A stretch of 64,000 nucleotides of DNA from a virus. This document shows positions 8,558 through 18,825 of the stretch, in pieces. The translations under genes were made by a program, and so were the position numbers. Within the stretch, counting starts at the first letter, position 1; each line of letters opens with the position of its first letter. The stretch is taken from IMG/VR virus record IMGVR_UViG_3300045988_125651. The stretch is one strand, 5' to 3'. The notes under the pieces are model-generated. The model had not been told where the DNA came from. It did no database searches and saw nothing but the letters and a program-made list of their open reading frames with translations.

Positions 8558-8589
8558 TATCACAAAACCTCTTAAACCGTTTTCCTTGA

Positions 8590-9060
8590 ATGACAAAAAA
8601 TAATTACGATATTACCCGTTTGCAGCGCGAGGCTCTTAGAAAAGCCTACTGTGATGTATGCAAGCACTCCCGTCCGTGGAGTCAGCAAGACGCATACGTC
8701 AAGACTGCCAAGCATCCGGCTCCTCGTTATTATATCACGGCTAAAGAGGCTTACGAGAAACTTCGACGCATGGCCGTTGGCGACAACTCTATTGTCGATG
8801 CTTTAGGCGACTCAAAACGTCGGCTCTACTATTCGCTGTTCGAACGCATGAAGGAACTCTCACAGCGAAAGGAGTATGTCAACAAGTCCCTGTGGTTTCT
8901 GTGCCCTATACTTGTCTCGCTTCCGGCTCCCGAGTTCTTCTTGTCGCCACGCACGGTTAAAGATATATTTGTTAAGTACAGGCTTTATGGAAAGGATTTC
9001 CGACATCGTGAAGTGTATGGCAGTGGACGTAAAAGCAAAGCTACTGTTAACGATACTTAG
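8590..9060 (+). CDS. Hypothetical protein
   Basis: 156-aa ORF with a promoter-like box upstream. Confidence 0.5.
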   Translation: MTKNNYDITRLQREALRKAYCDVCKHSRPWSQQDAYVKTAKHPAPRYYITAKEAYEKLRRMAVGDNSIVDALGDSKRRLYYSLFERMKELSQRKEYVNKSLWFLCPILVSLPAPEFFLSPRTVKDIFVKYRLYGKDFRHREVYGSGRKSKATVNDT

Positions 9061-9499
9061 TCTCTTCGGTTCGCTTCCTTATAGAGGTATGGGGGTTCTG
9101 GCTAACGATAGCCTGATCCCCCACCTCACTTACAGCTTCCAACACGCCAACATATGGCACATGCTTGCCAATTTGTTTGTTCTGTGGAACATCAAGCAAA
9201 AGATGAATGTCGTGTCGGGCTTTTTGATTGCCGTAGCTGCGAGCTTCTTACCTATGTCTACAGATAGGTCAACTGTCGGTATGTCGGGCTTGCTCTTCGC
9301 CATGTTCGGCATTATGTGGGGCAAGCGAGGCGACTTCAAAGGATGTCTTAAGGCTGGTATGCCCGTTATCCTTATAATGATGTTGATACCAGGCATTAAT
9401 GGCCTGCTTCACCTTTATTGTTATTTGTTTGGTTACATTTGGTTTAAGTTGTTTTCATATACTAAGAAGGTCATTAGGTTAATAAAGAAAGGGTTTTAA
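9017..9499 (+). CDS. Minimal rhomboid-family intramembrane serine protease
   Basis: FQHANIWHMLANLFVLWN (TM2 H..N motif), GMSGLLFAMFG (GxSG catalytic Ser) and LLHLYCYLFGY (catalytic His). About six hydrophobic helices in about 160 aa. The start is uncertain (8987 or 9017). Confidence 0.7.
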   Translation: MAVDVKAKLLLTILSLFGSLPYRGMGVLANDSLIPHLTYSFQHANIWHMLANLFVLWNIKQKMNVVSGFLIAVAASFLPMSTDRSTVGMSGLLFAMFGIMWGKRGDFKGCLKAGMPVILIMMLIPGINGLLHLYCYLFGYIWFKLFSYTKKVIRLIKKGF

Positions 9500-9526
9500 T
9501 ACTTTTATTCATATTTTATAATTAAG

Positions 9527-9562
9527 AAGAAGGCAGTCCGTGATGGATAGCCTTCTTTTTTT
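9527..9562 (+). terminator. Terminator between convergent genes
   Basis: AAGAAGGC...GCCTTCTT stem followed by a T-run. Confidence 0.45.
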
Positions 9563-12224
9563 ATCTCATCTTTTCCGTAAATAGTGGCTGAAAATCCACA
9601 ACCGTTCCGGCAAACGCATCCGTAGCAAGCATATTGCTTAGCTTATAACTTAAGGTGTAGTATTTCCATGGCTTGCCGTGCAACGAATGTAGCTCACACC
9701 AGTTCCTACAATCGTTTGAGCCATATATACGTAGCGCTATCTTGCCGTTCGCCGTATCAAAGAGGTGCAATATCTGATGTATTGTCTTTAGCTGCAACGA
9801 CGAACCTAACTTCAGAGGACGTGTCGTAAATGTTCCGCTATATAGTGTTGTGTCGTCATTGATGTCTGGCTTCGATGTTAGTGATAGTACAGTCGCGTCA
9901 TTGAGCTGTATGATGTTGTCGGGATAGTTATTCACCACAGCAATCACCTTTCCTGGCAACGATGCCTTGGCGAAGGTTCCGTCATGTATCGAATATACAT
10001 ATTCATATTGCTCCTTGGGGTTGATGATATGCAGAAGCGAGTCACGGTAGTCGTACGCTATTAACGAATCTCTAAGGTACCCAAGGAAGTCTCCATTGCC
10101 TACTTCAAGAAATTGCGACGGGTTGCGTCCTCGTAATTTGTCCGACACACAAGTCACCTTTCCTCCCGACACAGCCATAAGACCCTTGGCCGAAGTAAAG
10201 AATACAACACTGCCCGTTGGCGTTATCGATGCAGCATTGTTGCACACCTCGCGCGATATGGGGTAACTCGCTGCATACAATCCTTCCGAACTTACCGACA
10301 TGCCATAAATGCCTTCCGTCGTGAAAACTAACAGAGGGTACTGGCCAAACTGTCCTTGTGATATTGGCTCTGTGTTGGCTACTATGCCGAGTATGTTGCC
10401 CGTGCCTACTGTGTTGTCTCCTGAGGCTTGGAAGACAAAGGGATTGTTCACTATTGAGGTGAATATCTGTGATGATAGAAACTCGTAGGCTGTTGGGTCT
10501 GGCGAAGGGCGGCTCACGTTCTCATTCGTAATCGTTGAATACAGAGGCAGTGTGCGGAATGCGTAGGCTCCATTAAGGCGCTCATGACGCTGTAGGGGTA
10601 TACGGAAGCTTGCTGCACTTTTTGAGTCGTATACTATTACCTCGGTAGCATTCGTATCGGGATAGTAGAACCATGAGTTGGCTACCTCTTTTAGTGTTTC
10701 TACCATGTCTGATACTACCCATGTGTCCATTGTGTCGCTTACGATGTGCACAAAATACTGCAACCTGCAATCTCGCTGCACTATGTCCGAGTTGGCGATG
10801 AACGACGAAAAGCCTTTGAATGGATAACGCTTTACCCCAAAGAGGTTTAGTCGTTTGTTGTACGTATACATACTCTCTGGTTTCATCGTTGTCCATCCGT
10901 AATAATCGTCTACTGACAGTTGCTCCTGTTGTAACAGTGCGCTCACTACTCCTTGCTTTATTGGCGCATCCTTCCATACTGTATTGTATATCTTATCTAT
11001 CTTTACAGAGAATAGTTTAAAGAACTGTGTCTTTGCCAGCAACTCGTCTATTATCTCGTCCTCTGTCTTGAATTTTTTGGGCAATACAATATCTCTTGCC
11101 GGGAATGTCTTGAGGTCGAACACGATTTTCTTTCTTGCATTACCTCTGAATACAGCCTCGTCATATCTCATTCCTAAGAAATCTACTACCTCTGTATTGT
11201 TTGTTTGTTCCGGATTCATGATGCTCCAATTGTCGTCTACATTAAAAGGTAGCACCTCGTCCGAAGCGAACACTACTATATCCTTCACTATGTCGCTCCA
11301 CTCGTCTATGTCTTCTCCACCTACCTGATATTGCAGTTTTACGTACGAAGGACAATAGAGTAGTTTTAACGCCGAGCCTGTATCCTCCACTACCTCATGA
11401 TTTTTCCATCCTACGGGCACAATGTAGTTGTTGCGTGTTATCGTAGGAAACACAGCCACGGGTGCCGATATACGTGCATAGGTACCGTCGAAAAGGCGTA
11501 GCGCAAATCGCACAAAAAAGGGGAATGCAAATGCGTTTTTCTCCTTGACAAGGTTTAGTATCAGGGATACATGGCCAGATATGGCTGTCTGCAAGTCGTC
11601 CACACGGTCGTCCTTTGGTCTGAATGTTTCGTATCTGGTGCCTGCTTCTAATGCGTTGCTACCAAGATGACTGAATGATCCGTCGTCGTTGTAGTAAGCA
11701 CCAACAGTCGGATGGTCTACCAGGTAGTCTATGTCGCACAATTGGCTCTTCTTGGTTACAAGCTGCTCTATGATTGGTGCTGAGGTTCGGAATTTTACCC
11801 TTGGCTTGGGCAACTCATTGCCAAGATATTTGTACGTTCCTCCTTTATATAATAGGTATGCAAAGCCTTTGTCTGTGGCCACAATAAGCGTATTGCCTAC
11901 TGACGATATATTGTTAAGGCTTTTACCTATTGGTATACTCGTCTGTTGTGTTTTGTCTATTGACGATTTTTCGAAGTCTACTTCTGCAAACGTGATATTG
12001 CCCAACACCTTATCGTATAGAATGGCATTGCAGTAGTCGGGTCCTTTGTGTATGTAGACCACTTGGTTGGTAACTTTACCTGAAAGAGGGGAAGGTAATT
12101 GTATAGGGTGCATTTCGCCTGACTTATACACCATTCCTACCAACTCTACAAGTTCCGTATCATCTGTCAACATTCCCGATGGCGATGTTGTTATTCCTTT
12201 TGAGTATGATAGCGATTTCTGCAT
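9561..12224 (-). CDS. Large hypothetical protein, probably a virion component
   Basis: 887-aa ORF directly downstream of TerL in the same operon. I recognised no motif. Confidence 0.35.
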   Translation of the reverse strand: MQKSLSYSKGITTSPSGMLTDDTELVELVGMVYKSGEMHPIQLPSPLSGKVTNQVVYIHKGPDYCNAILYDKVLGNITFAEVDFEKSSIDKTQQTSIPIGKSLNNISSVGNTLIVATDKGFAYLLYKGGTYKYLGNELPKPRVKFRTSAPIIEQLVTKKSQLCDIDYLVDHPTVGAYYNDDGSFSHLGSNALEAGTRYETFRPKDDRVDDLQTAISGHVSLILNLVKEKNAFAFPFFVRFALRLFDGTYARISAPVAVFPTITRNNYIVPVGWKNHEVVEDTGSALKLLYCPSYVKLQYQVGGEDIDEWSDIVKDIVVFASDEVLPFNVDDNWSIMNPEQTNNTEVVDFLGMRYDEAVFRGNARKKIVFDLKTFPARDIVLPKKFKTEDEIIDELLAKTQFFKLFSVKIDKIYNTVWKDAPIKQGVVSALLQQEQLSVDDYYGWTTMKPESMYTYNKRLNLFGVKRYPFKGFSSFIANSDIVQRDCRLQYFVHIVSDTMDTWVVSDMVETLKEVANSWFYYPDTNATEVIVYDSKSAASFRIPLQRHERLNGAYAFRTLPLYSTITNENVSRPSPDPTAYEFLSSQIFTSIVNNPFVFQASGDNTVGTGNILGIVANTEPISQGQFGQYPLLVFTTEGIYGMSVSSEGLYAASYPISREVCNNAASITPTGSVVFFTSAKGLMAVSGGKVTCVSDKLRGRNPSQFLEVGNGDFLGYLRDSLIAYDYRDSLLHIINPKEQYEYVYSIHDGTFAKASLPGKVIAVVNNYPDNIIQLNDATVLSLTSKPDINDDTTLYSGTFTTRPLKLGSSLQLKTIHQILHLFDTANGKIALRIYGSNDCRNWCELHSLHGKPWKYYTLSYKLSNMLATDAFAGTVVDFQPLFTEKMR

Positions 12225-12236
12225 ATCTGTTTTCTT

Positions 12237-14375
12237 TTATATTGATGCCTCTGTCTTCACTCCGTCCGAATGTCCTCTTAGTCCTTCGTCTGTTCTCCAC
12301 TTAGGCATTTCCATTTCATGTGTCGATACATATAGGGCTATGGCTGTTGACATCAGTACGTCGTCATGATTGCCCGAACCTTCGATGTTTCCAAGCGAAC
12401 CGTCTTCCTTGCGCTCGTAGATACGTAGCTCATGATACATTTCTGTGTCTGGCTCATGCCAGAGTCCATCATCCACAAAAGCCTCAAGGTTATCTATCAG
12501 CCAGCCTTTCGTTATTTTATTGGTCTGGAATCCATACTTGGCAAGTACATTGCCCGTCGTGTCCTCAGGCGACGAGCGTCTCTGATACAGATTAGGATAG
12601 TAGTCCGCTATCTCATTGATTATAGAGCCGAAGTGGTCGCCCTCTGTGTTGTTGTTCTTCTCGCGGTCGGCAGTGTTGCTCTCTATCACAAGCAGAGCAT
12701 CGTCGTAATAGTGTGCCAGGGCAGCTGCCTTCCATGCCAACACGTCATGTCTGCAATGTCCTCTGTATCTTGCCACCACACGCGGCTTGTCCTTCATCGA
12801 TGGCATCATGCCCATTCTGTCAAGCACGGTCATTACGGTATAGTCCGAAGTAGACGACTTGCCTCCGATATCCACGCTCACCACATATCTGTCTGCTACA
12901 CGCAATATCTTGTTGTTTGGCAAGCTCCATATCTTCAACTCGCCTTCTCCGTCTTCCCTTATCTTTATCTTTGCATTCTTTATAGCCTCCGTCGATTTCT
13001 CACCAGTGGTTACAATGTCTGCCATGTACTTAGGCTTCTTTACCTCGCCCTGCCTTAGGTCGTCTATTGAGTAAGGGTTGAACACAAGATTACCCGAGTT
13101 TCTAAATGCCTCTTCTTCGTCGATAGGTGCCTCGGTTGCACAGAAGGCGTGCGTCTTGAACTTGTTCCTGAAGTTTCTGTACCAGTTGATTGCCTGGAAA
13201 CATGCGCCTTTCTCCCACATTCGCCAAAAGAACTTGCCCGTCTCTCTATATCCCTTGGGACAGGTCGAGCGGTCTTTGTTCTTCAACAGCCACATCGCAA
13301 ACTCCCTCTCGTCCTCCACTGGCTCCATGTCGTTCTCAATGATAAAGCAGGGTATGAAGATGAATGCGTATGCGTCATTGTTCGATGGGTCCATTGCCAG
13401 TTGGCAACGGTCATAGAAGAAGCCCGAAGCTCCTCGTCCTGTTGACTCAAACACCTCTACGTTGTCTTCTATGTTATGTATGCCGCCCGAAATTGACGAG
13501 ATTACACCCTCTGGGTCATGCTCTGGTGTCTTCTTCCAATATGCCACCTCCGAATAGTGGGCACAGTGGAAGTTGTTACCACGCACAGCATCAAAGTTAT
13601 CGAATGAGGCTACCGTCAGCGTCGAACGTCTCAACGCCTTGTTGCCATCTGTCACAATAAAGTCGTCGGGTGAGTTTTCGTATGGCGATAGCATCAACTG
13701 TGTTCCTGGGTGTCCTATCGTCCATCCTTTCTGTCTTTCCACCGCCTTTCGGTACATCGCCTTAATCTTCTTCGATGTTCCTTTTACCTGCGACAGAACG
13801 ATAGCGTTCCAACCGTCACGCCGAAAGTCTTGAATCCACTTAATATACAGCTGCGTCAATGTTGAGCCACCCCATTGTCGTGCCTTCAGAATTACAACAC
13901 GTATTGCCTTCTTCTTGTGTCTCAGCTTCTCAAACAGATTGATAAGTCTTCTCTGCGGATAGTTTAGTCTGAACGGTATCATGTTTCCCGTTCTTTTGTC
14001 CTCAATCTTATCCGTCACAAACAGAGCAAACTCTGGGTCTTCTCTGAATCTCACCTTGAATATCTCAAAGGTCAGCAGCTGTCTTAGCTTCTGTGTTTCT
14101 TCCGATTCCTCGTCATACTCCTTATGTAGTACTTGTATCAGCACCTCCTTTATCGTGCCAAAATGCTGTAGGTTCTTATACAGCAGTGTTCGCATACACT
14201 CCTTCGGCACATACATCTTCGGAATGATGAAGTCTGGTATTTCAAGGCATATTCTGTTCTTAAAATCATAACAACCCACGCCTGTCCACGGGTCATACTC
14301 ACCGAAAATTTCATCATATCGTTTCTTATTTTCGGCAAGCAATTTATCTATGTCAAGGTCGGTTATTGTCGTCAT
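12237..14375 (-). CDS. terL: Terminase large subunit
   Basis: Walker-A-like KARQWGGSTL. RNaseH-like nuclease acidic motifs VVSVDIGGKSSTSDYTV and GNHDDVLMSTAIAL. The size and position fit. Confidence 0.8.
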   Translation of the reverse strand: MTTITDLDIDKLLAENKKRYDEIFGEYDPWTGVGCYDFKNRICLEIPDFIIPKMYVPKECMRTLLYKNLQHFGTIKEVLIQVLHKEYDEESEETQKLRQLLTFEIFKVRFREDPEFALFVTDKIEDKRTGNMIPFRLNYPQRRLINLFEKLRHKKKAIRVVILKARQWGGSTLTQLYIKWIQDFRRDGWNAIVLSQVKGTSKKIKAMYRKAVERQKGWTIGHPGTQLMLSPYENSPDDFIVTDGNKALRRSTLTVASFDNFDAVRGNNFHCAHYSEVAYWKKTPEHDPEGVISSISGGIHNIEDNVEVFESTGRGASGFFYDRCQLAMDPSNNDAYAFIFIPCFIIENDMEPVEDEREFAMWLLKNKDRSTCPKGYRETGKFFWRMWEKGACFQAINWYRNFRNKFKTHAFCATEAPIDEEEAFRNSGNLVFNPYSIDDLRQGEVKKPKYMADIVTTGEKSTEAIKNAKIKIREDGEGELKIWSLPNNKILRVADRYVVSVDIGGKSSTSDYTVMTVLDRMGMMPSMKDKPRVVARYRGHCRHDVLAWKAAALAHYYDDALLVIESNTADREKNNNTEGDHFGSIINEIADYYPNLYQRRSSPEDTTGNVLAKYGFQTNKITKGWLIDNLEAFVDDGLWHEPDTEMYHELRIYERKEDGSLGNIEGSGNHDDVLMSTAIALYVSTHEMEMPKWRTDEGLRGHSDGVKTEASI

Positions 14376-14378
14376 GTC

Positions 14379-14750
14379 TTATAATCCTTCGTATTCTTTC
14401 AGTTCCTCATAGTCCGCATCCTCTATCTTCGGCACAGGCTCTGCCCCTATAGCCAACGGATCGTCTGTCTTTGTCGTCGACAACGCCACCAATTCCTGGA
14501 AGTCCTTGTTTATGCCCACCGACACATTCACCTGCGACTGCTTCGGCACAACATGTTTCTGCATGTCATGATACAGCAGCAACCACGCTTTCGGGTCATG
14601 CTCCGCAAGCTCCTCAAACAGCTCCTCAAACTTTTCCTGATTCTTCGATAGCAAATCACGGATAAATTCCTTCTGTGCCTTTTTCCCTTTCGGCAACAGC
14701 TTCTTCCTGTTCTCCGACAAAAGAGGTATGTCGTCCAATGTCTTCACCAT
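14379..14750 (-). CDS. Putative terminase small subunit
   Basis: 123-aa helical, acidic protein immediately upstream of TerL. Called on position only. Confidence 0.4.
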   Translation of the reverse strand: MVKTLDDIPLLSENRKKLLPKGKKAQKEFIRDLLSKNQEKFEELFEELAEHDPKAWLLLYHDMQKHVVPKQSQVNVSVGINKDFQELVALSTTKTDDPLAIGAEPVPKIEDADYEELKEYEGL

Positions 14751-14786
14751 ATATTTTCCTTTCCTTCGGTGTTACAACACCTCACA

Positions 14787-15392
14787 TCAAAACGGATTCA
14801 AGTGTTTCCTAATCGTTCCCGGCAACACCCTACTGCTCAGTTCTTTTATCACCTTCTCTCCGTCCTCCAAGTTTTGTTTTCTGTCTATCGTTCTCTGGTC
14901 TCTCGATGTTAACGTGTTGGAGAGATATTCAAACAACGCCCCATCCACCACATACTTATGAATGGCTTGCACCAACGCATCATACACCGTCGCGTCCCAG
15001 TAGTCCGGCATCACCAGTATTATCTCTTTCTCCTGCCATTCTTTCAGTCCGTTCATTCTCGCTACTCCTTCTGGCTTAGCCACATAAGCCGACAGTATTC
15101 TTTCCACCGACGCTATATATTGGTCAAACCATCTGTAGAACATTGGTCTGTGCGAGTCCGCTTCCGATGTTGTCACCTCAGTCTCTTCCTGTGTCTTCCT
15201 CGTAGCCTTGTCTATCAATGATGTCACAGAGTCCACATCAAACAACAGCTGGTCTGCCTGTATATAGATGTGCTTTATGCTATGTCCGTATGCTCTCCTT
15301 GGTGGTTGTGGCTCAAGGGGGTTAGCTACTGGTATCCACCCTCTCTGTCTTGAAGCTACAAACGGATGCAATTCCGAAAAATCCTTTTTCAT
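14787..15392 (-). CDS. Hypothetical head-morphogenesis protein
   Basis: Lies between portal and terminase in the same operon. Confidence 0.35.
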   Translation of the reverse strand: MKKDFSELHPFVASRQRGWIPVANPLEPQPPRRAYGHSIKHIYIQADQLLFDVDSVTSLIDKATRKTQEETEVTTSEADSHRPMFYRWFDQYIASVERILSAYVAKPEGVARMNGLKEWQEKEIILVMPDYWDATVYDALVQAIHKYVVDGALFEYLSNTLTSRDQRTIDRKQNLEDGEKVIKELSSRVLPGTIRKHLNPF

Positions 15393-15404
15393 GTCCTTTT
15401 GTTT

Positions 15405-16193
15405 TTAATAGTACTCCTTCGACACTATCACCGTAAACTCCACATACACATTGTCTGTATGTCGTGAGAATAGTCTTATCCTCGCTACTCCCGTGTTACG
15501 TGGCACAAGCTCAAATGTCATTGGTGCTCTGTAGCGCATTATCTCCACTATGCTTGGGTCTTCCGAGCGTGCTTCAATGTCGTCTACTGCTCCTGCGTCA
15601 ATACTGTACGACACCGTGGCATTCTCGTCCACACGCATTGTTATCTCGCCCTCCGCGTCTGTTCCGTCTACCTTTGCCGTTAGTGTTGTGGGATATTTTA
15701 TTGTTGGTACTGCTGGAGCCGACAATACAAAGCAGCGTCTTATCGCAATCTCGTCCGCTGCCACTGCCGACTGATACGGTGCTGCCTGGTTTAGGTTGCC
15801 CAGTTTTACCCACCATTCGTAGCACATTGTGTCCTCTACAAACTTGGATACAAGTCTTGCCAACGTGTCTGTCAACGATCCGTTGTATCTTCGCGACACG
15901 TTTAGCGTAAACTCCACTATGTCGTTTGTCTTGTCGTTGTAGTATATGGCATTGTCGCCTATCGTCTGGGCTGTAGGCACATAGTAGTCTACAAAGATTA
16001 TCTTTGCTTTTTCGAGTGCTGTTGTCAGGTCATGGTCCAATGTGCGCTCGTGCACCTCTTCGTCTCCTGCTATCTCGAAGTATGGCGTTTTCTGCCCTGG
16101 CTGTGCTGCCTCGTCTATCTTGCCTTTAAGATAGGTCGCTGCCTTTACAGCCTCGATTATCACGGATTTTATTATCTGGAATTTTATTATCAT
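15405..16193 (-). CDS. Hypothetical structural protein with Ig-like (Big_2-like) C-terminus
   Basis: The C-terminal segment SEDPSIVEIMRYRAPMTFELVPRNTGVARIRLFS resembles bacterial Ig-like domains. Confidence 0.35.
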   Translation of the reverse strand: MIIKFQIIKSVIIEAVKAATYLKGKIDEAAQPGQKTPYFEIAGDEEVHERTLDHDLTTALEKAKIIFVDYYVPTAQTIGDNAIYYNDKTNDIVEFTLNVSRRYNGSLTDTLARLVSKFVEDTMCYEWWVKLGNLNQAAPYQSAVAADEIAIRRCFVLSAPAVPTIKYPTTLTAKVDGTDAEGEITMRVDENATVSYSIDAGAVDDIEARSEDPSIVEIMRYRAPMTFELVPRNTGVARIRLFSRHTDNVYVEFTVIVSKEYY

Positions 16194-16218
16194 GGTGACT
16201 TACTGTTTTTGTTTATAC

Positions 16219-16716
16219 CTATAGTTCAACCGAGCCTACACAGTCCGCGAGCGTCTTGTCCGCACTGCCTGGCGGTGTCTTCGTAAATATCAGTCGTGTG
16301 GCTGCAAGTAGCTGTGCCTGCACGTCCGTAGCATATTTCCCCGCAAGGTCTGGCAGCACCATCGCCAATACCGATTGCGTTACATAAGCAATGAGTAGCG
16401 ACTTTACACTGTCTTGTGCTGCTCCTGATAGTGCATCGTTGCTTCGTGTAGTGTTCACAACGAACGCTATATATTCTGCTTTCTGTCCTCCTGCCTTCTT
16501 CCCAACTTCATACCCCGACAATACTGGCGACAGGTTCGATGTCACAAGCTGCGCTCCGTCTATTATGCATTGTCGCATTACCGTGTCTTCCACACTTGAT
16601 AGTGTTGACACCGAGAACAGCGTGTCGCCCTTCTGTGTGCTATGGTGTTTTCCTATGATGGACAGTTGCCGTTTTACGGCTTCTTTCACATCTTCAATAT
16701 ATATGGCTATATCCAT
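16219..16716 (-). CDS. Hypothetical head-morphogenesis protein
   Basis: 165-aa ORF directly downstream of the portal gene. Confidence 0.35.
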   Translation of the reverse strand: MDIAIYIEDVKEAVKRQLSIIGKHHSTQKGDTLFSVSTLSSVEDTVMRQCIIDGAQLVTSNLSPVLSGYEVGKKAGGQKAEYIAFVVNTTRSNDALSGAAQDSVKSLLIAYVTQSVLAMVLPDLAGKYATDVQAQLLAATRLIFTKTPPGSADKTLADCVGSVEL

Positions 16717-16732
16717 ATTTTACATTTTTATA

Positions 16733-18724
16733 TTATTGCATCAAGTATCCTTGCGCTTGTTCTACTGCCTGTTGATTTGCCTCTGGCACTACTCCGTTCT
16801 GTGGCGCTTGCTGCCCCATTGCCTCTTGCTGCGCCCTTAGCTCTTCCATATTACTCTGCACGTCCTGCAGCAGCTTGTCTGCAAACGGCTCATTCAGGTT
16901 CTGTAGATACTGTATGATGTTGATGGCTCCCTTGTCAAACAACATGTCAAGCTTGTCGTTTACGTTGTTCTGATAGGTGGCTGTAGCAGCAGCGTTCTTG
17001 ATAGAAATCTTGAACATTATGTCTCTTGCGCCCAGTCTGTCATACTCTATCGGGTATGTGCTATCGCTATTGAAGATGGGTCGGCCGTCCTCATAGTATT
17101 GCTTTATTGTCATGCACTTCTTCTGTGCAATATTTTCAGTAAACGATTCCATGTCTTTCAGTATCGAGTAGAGCGAGGTCGAGGCATTCTGCGACTCTTG
17201 CGCATATCTCGAGGCCGATGTTCCCGCCGTTGGTGTCTTGCCTTGCAATGCGCCCGACACATTCGACACTTCGCGCATCAGGTTCAGCTCCATCTGCAAC
17301 AGCTCGTTTGTTCCAAGATTCACGGCGTTCGACGTGATAATGTCTGGCCTTGAGTTTGGCAGCGTTGCTTTTGGCGTGTAGAATATCATTCCGTCATACT
17401 CCGTCGCTTGCTCGGCAAACTCGTCTGGTGTCATTCCGTCCAATACCTGTGTAGGGATAAGCCATACACCCTTGGCCGACGAGCGTATTGCCATGTCGTT
17501 CATTATTATCAAACGGTTTATGTATCTCTGCTGGTCTATCACGTTTGCCATGAACGGATGTATTTCTCCGTTGATGTACGGATAGAGCTTTATCGTGAAT
17601 GGATGCGATTTAAAGTCGTATGGCGTCTCTCCGCTGCATAGCACGGTTCCGTCTGGTGCCATAAACGTGTAGTACCAATACTTGTCTGCCACTTTCTTTG
17701 CCGTGATATAGGCTCTGTCTTCTGGCGGTACTCCCATCAGGTCATACTGCTCCTTTCTCTTCACGTTCTTCGCGTTTAGCTCCGCTATCAACACTTTGTC
17801 GTCACATTCTATGCGGAAGTAGGCATCACTTTCGTTTTTCGCTATCGGGTCGTAGCATTGGTATCTGTATTTCGTTTCCGTCGTCCACGCTTCTATTACT
17901 CTCACGTATCGTCCGCGCTTCGACGGTATATCAAATGATATGTTCGACAGGTCGTTTGTGTCGTTGTGCATAGTTCCTTCCGTCTGACTGTCGTCTGGGT
18001 CTATGTCGAATATTCTGTTCAGGTCGTCTATGCTCAGTCCGTACTCTTCCTTTGCAAATTTCTTGTACAGGTCGTTTATAGACTCGTCATGCAGCACGCC
18101 TATCAGCGACAGGTCAAGATGTCTTGGGTCTGATCCTCCCTCCCAAAATACATAGTTTGGCTCTATGTAGTCTGTCCACGAGTCTTCTATCTCCTGTGTT
18201 CTGTCTTCGTATGTCTCTCGGCACACCATTACTCCTCCTACAAGGTAGTCTTCAAGCGCGTGCTTCAACAATATCTCCATCTGCGTGTTCTGCCAGTTGC
18301 ATTGCATGGTTGCCGACATCATATCCGAGAGTGACTGTGAAGAGCGTGTTCTTGCAAAGCACACTGGCTCTGTACCTTGCTTTGCGTACATTCCCACAAG
18401 TGTGTTCAATATCGACACCATCACATTGTTCGACAACGGCACTGAGCCTTTCCTTTTCAGGTATTCTCTTTCCGTCATGTCATAGTAGTATCCGTTCTTG
18501 TACACTCTCACTGTGTCGCCCCATTGGTCGCCGTAGCAGTATCTCTTGGCCCTGTCTCTAACCATACGCACAGCCTCCAGGTTGTTCCATGCCTGCCAAC
18601 ATCGCTGCAGCAGCTCATAGTCCGTCTTCTTGCCCGACTGTCTTTCCTTACGTCTCCGTACGGTGTCAAACGTCTTGCCCGAAGTCGGCATTACACGTGA
18701 TAAGGTGGGTATATTTTTCTGCAT
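16733..18724 (-). CDS. Portal protein (putative)
   Basis: 663 aa, first gene of the packaging operon and divergent from the scaffold/capsid genes. Called on size and synteny. Confidence 0.55.
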   Translation of the reverse strand: MQKNIPTLSRVMPTSGKTFDTVRRRKERQSGKKTDYELLQRCWQAWNNLEAVRMVRDRAKRYCYGDQWGDTVRVYKNGYYYDMTEREYLKRKGSVPLSNNVMVSILNTLVGMYAKQGTEPVCFARTRSSQSLSDMMSATMQCNWQNTQMEILLKHALEDYLVGGVMVCRETYEDRTQEIEDSWTDYIEPNYVFWEGGSDPRHLDLSLIGVLHDESINDLYKKFAKEEYGLSIDDLNRIFDIDPDDSQTEGTMHNDTNDLSNISFDIPSKRGRYVRVIEAWTTETKYRYQCYDPIAKNESDAYFRIECDDKVLIAELNAKNVKRKEQYDLMGVPPEDRAYITAKKVADKYWYYTFMAPDGTVLCSGETPYDFKSHPFTIKLYPYINGEIHPFMANVIDQQRYINRLIIMNDMAIRSSAKGVWLIPTQVLDGMTPDEFAEQATEYDGMIFYTPKATLPNSRPDIITSNAVNLGTNELLQMELNLMREVSNVSGALQGKTPTAGTSASRYAQESQNASTSLYSILKDMESFTENIAQKKCMTIKQYYEDGRPIFNSDSTYPIEYDRLGARDIMFKISIKNAAATATYQNNVNDKLDMLFDKGAINIIQYLQNLNEPFADKLLQDVQSNMEELRAQQEAMGQQAPQNGVVPEANQQAVEQAQGYLMQ

Positions 18725-18754
18725 ATTTCTATCTTACGTCATTGTCTATCAGCG

Positions 18755-18762
18755 CAAAAATA
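18755..18762 (-). promoter_or_regulatory. -7 box TATTTTTG (minus strand) for the portal operon
   Basis: The reverse complement of CAAAAATA lies 31 nt upstream of the ATG at 18724. Confidence 0.45.
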
Positions 18763-18784
18763 CTCTAAATGACAGCGCGAAATG

Positions 18785-18825
18785 CCGTGTTTCGTCTGTA
18801 CAAAAGTTGCAAGTACGAAACACGG
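18785..18825. promoter_or_regulatory. Inverted repeat CCGTGTTTCGT-N19-ACGAAACACGG in the divergent late intergenic region
   Basis: 11-bp perfect arms read directly. The same CCGTGTTTCGT recurs at 45501-45511. Confidence 0.5.

Noticed and set aside
8876-9016. N-terminal extension of the rhomboid ORF.
   Set aside because: It overlaps the 3' end of 8590..9060 in another frame and translates to Cys/Ser/Arg-rich sequence. The rhomboid core begins after the internal Met codons.
12320-13833. Nested plus-strand ORFs inside TerL (for example 12432..13058, 208 aa), and similar ones inside the portal gene.
   Set aside because: They lie antisense to confidently called genes and have implausible composition.
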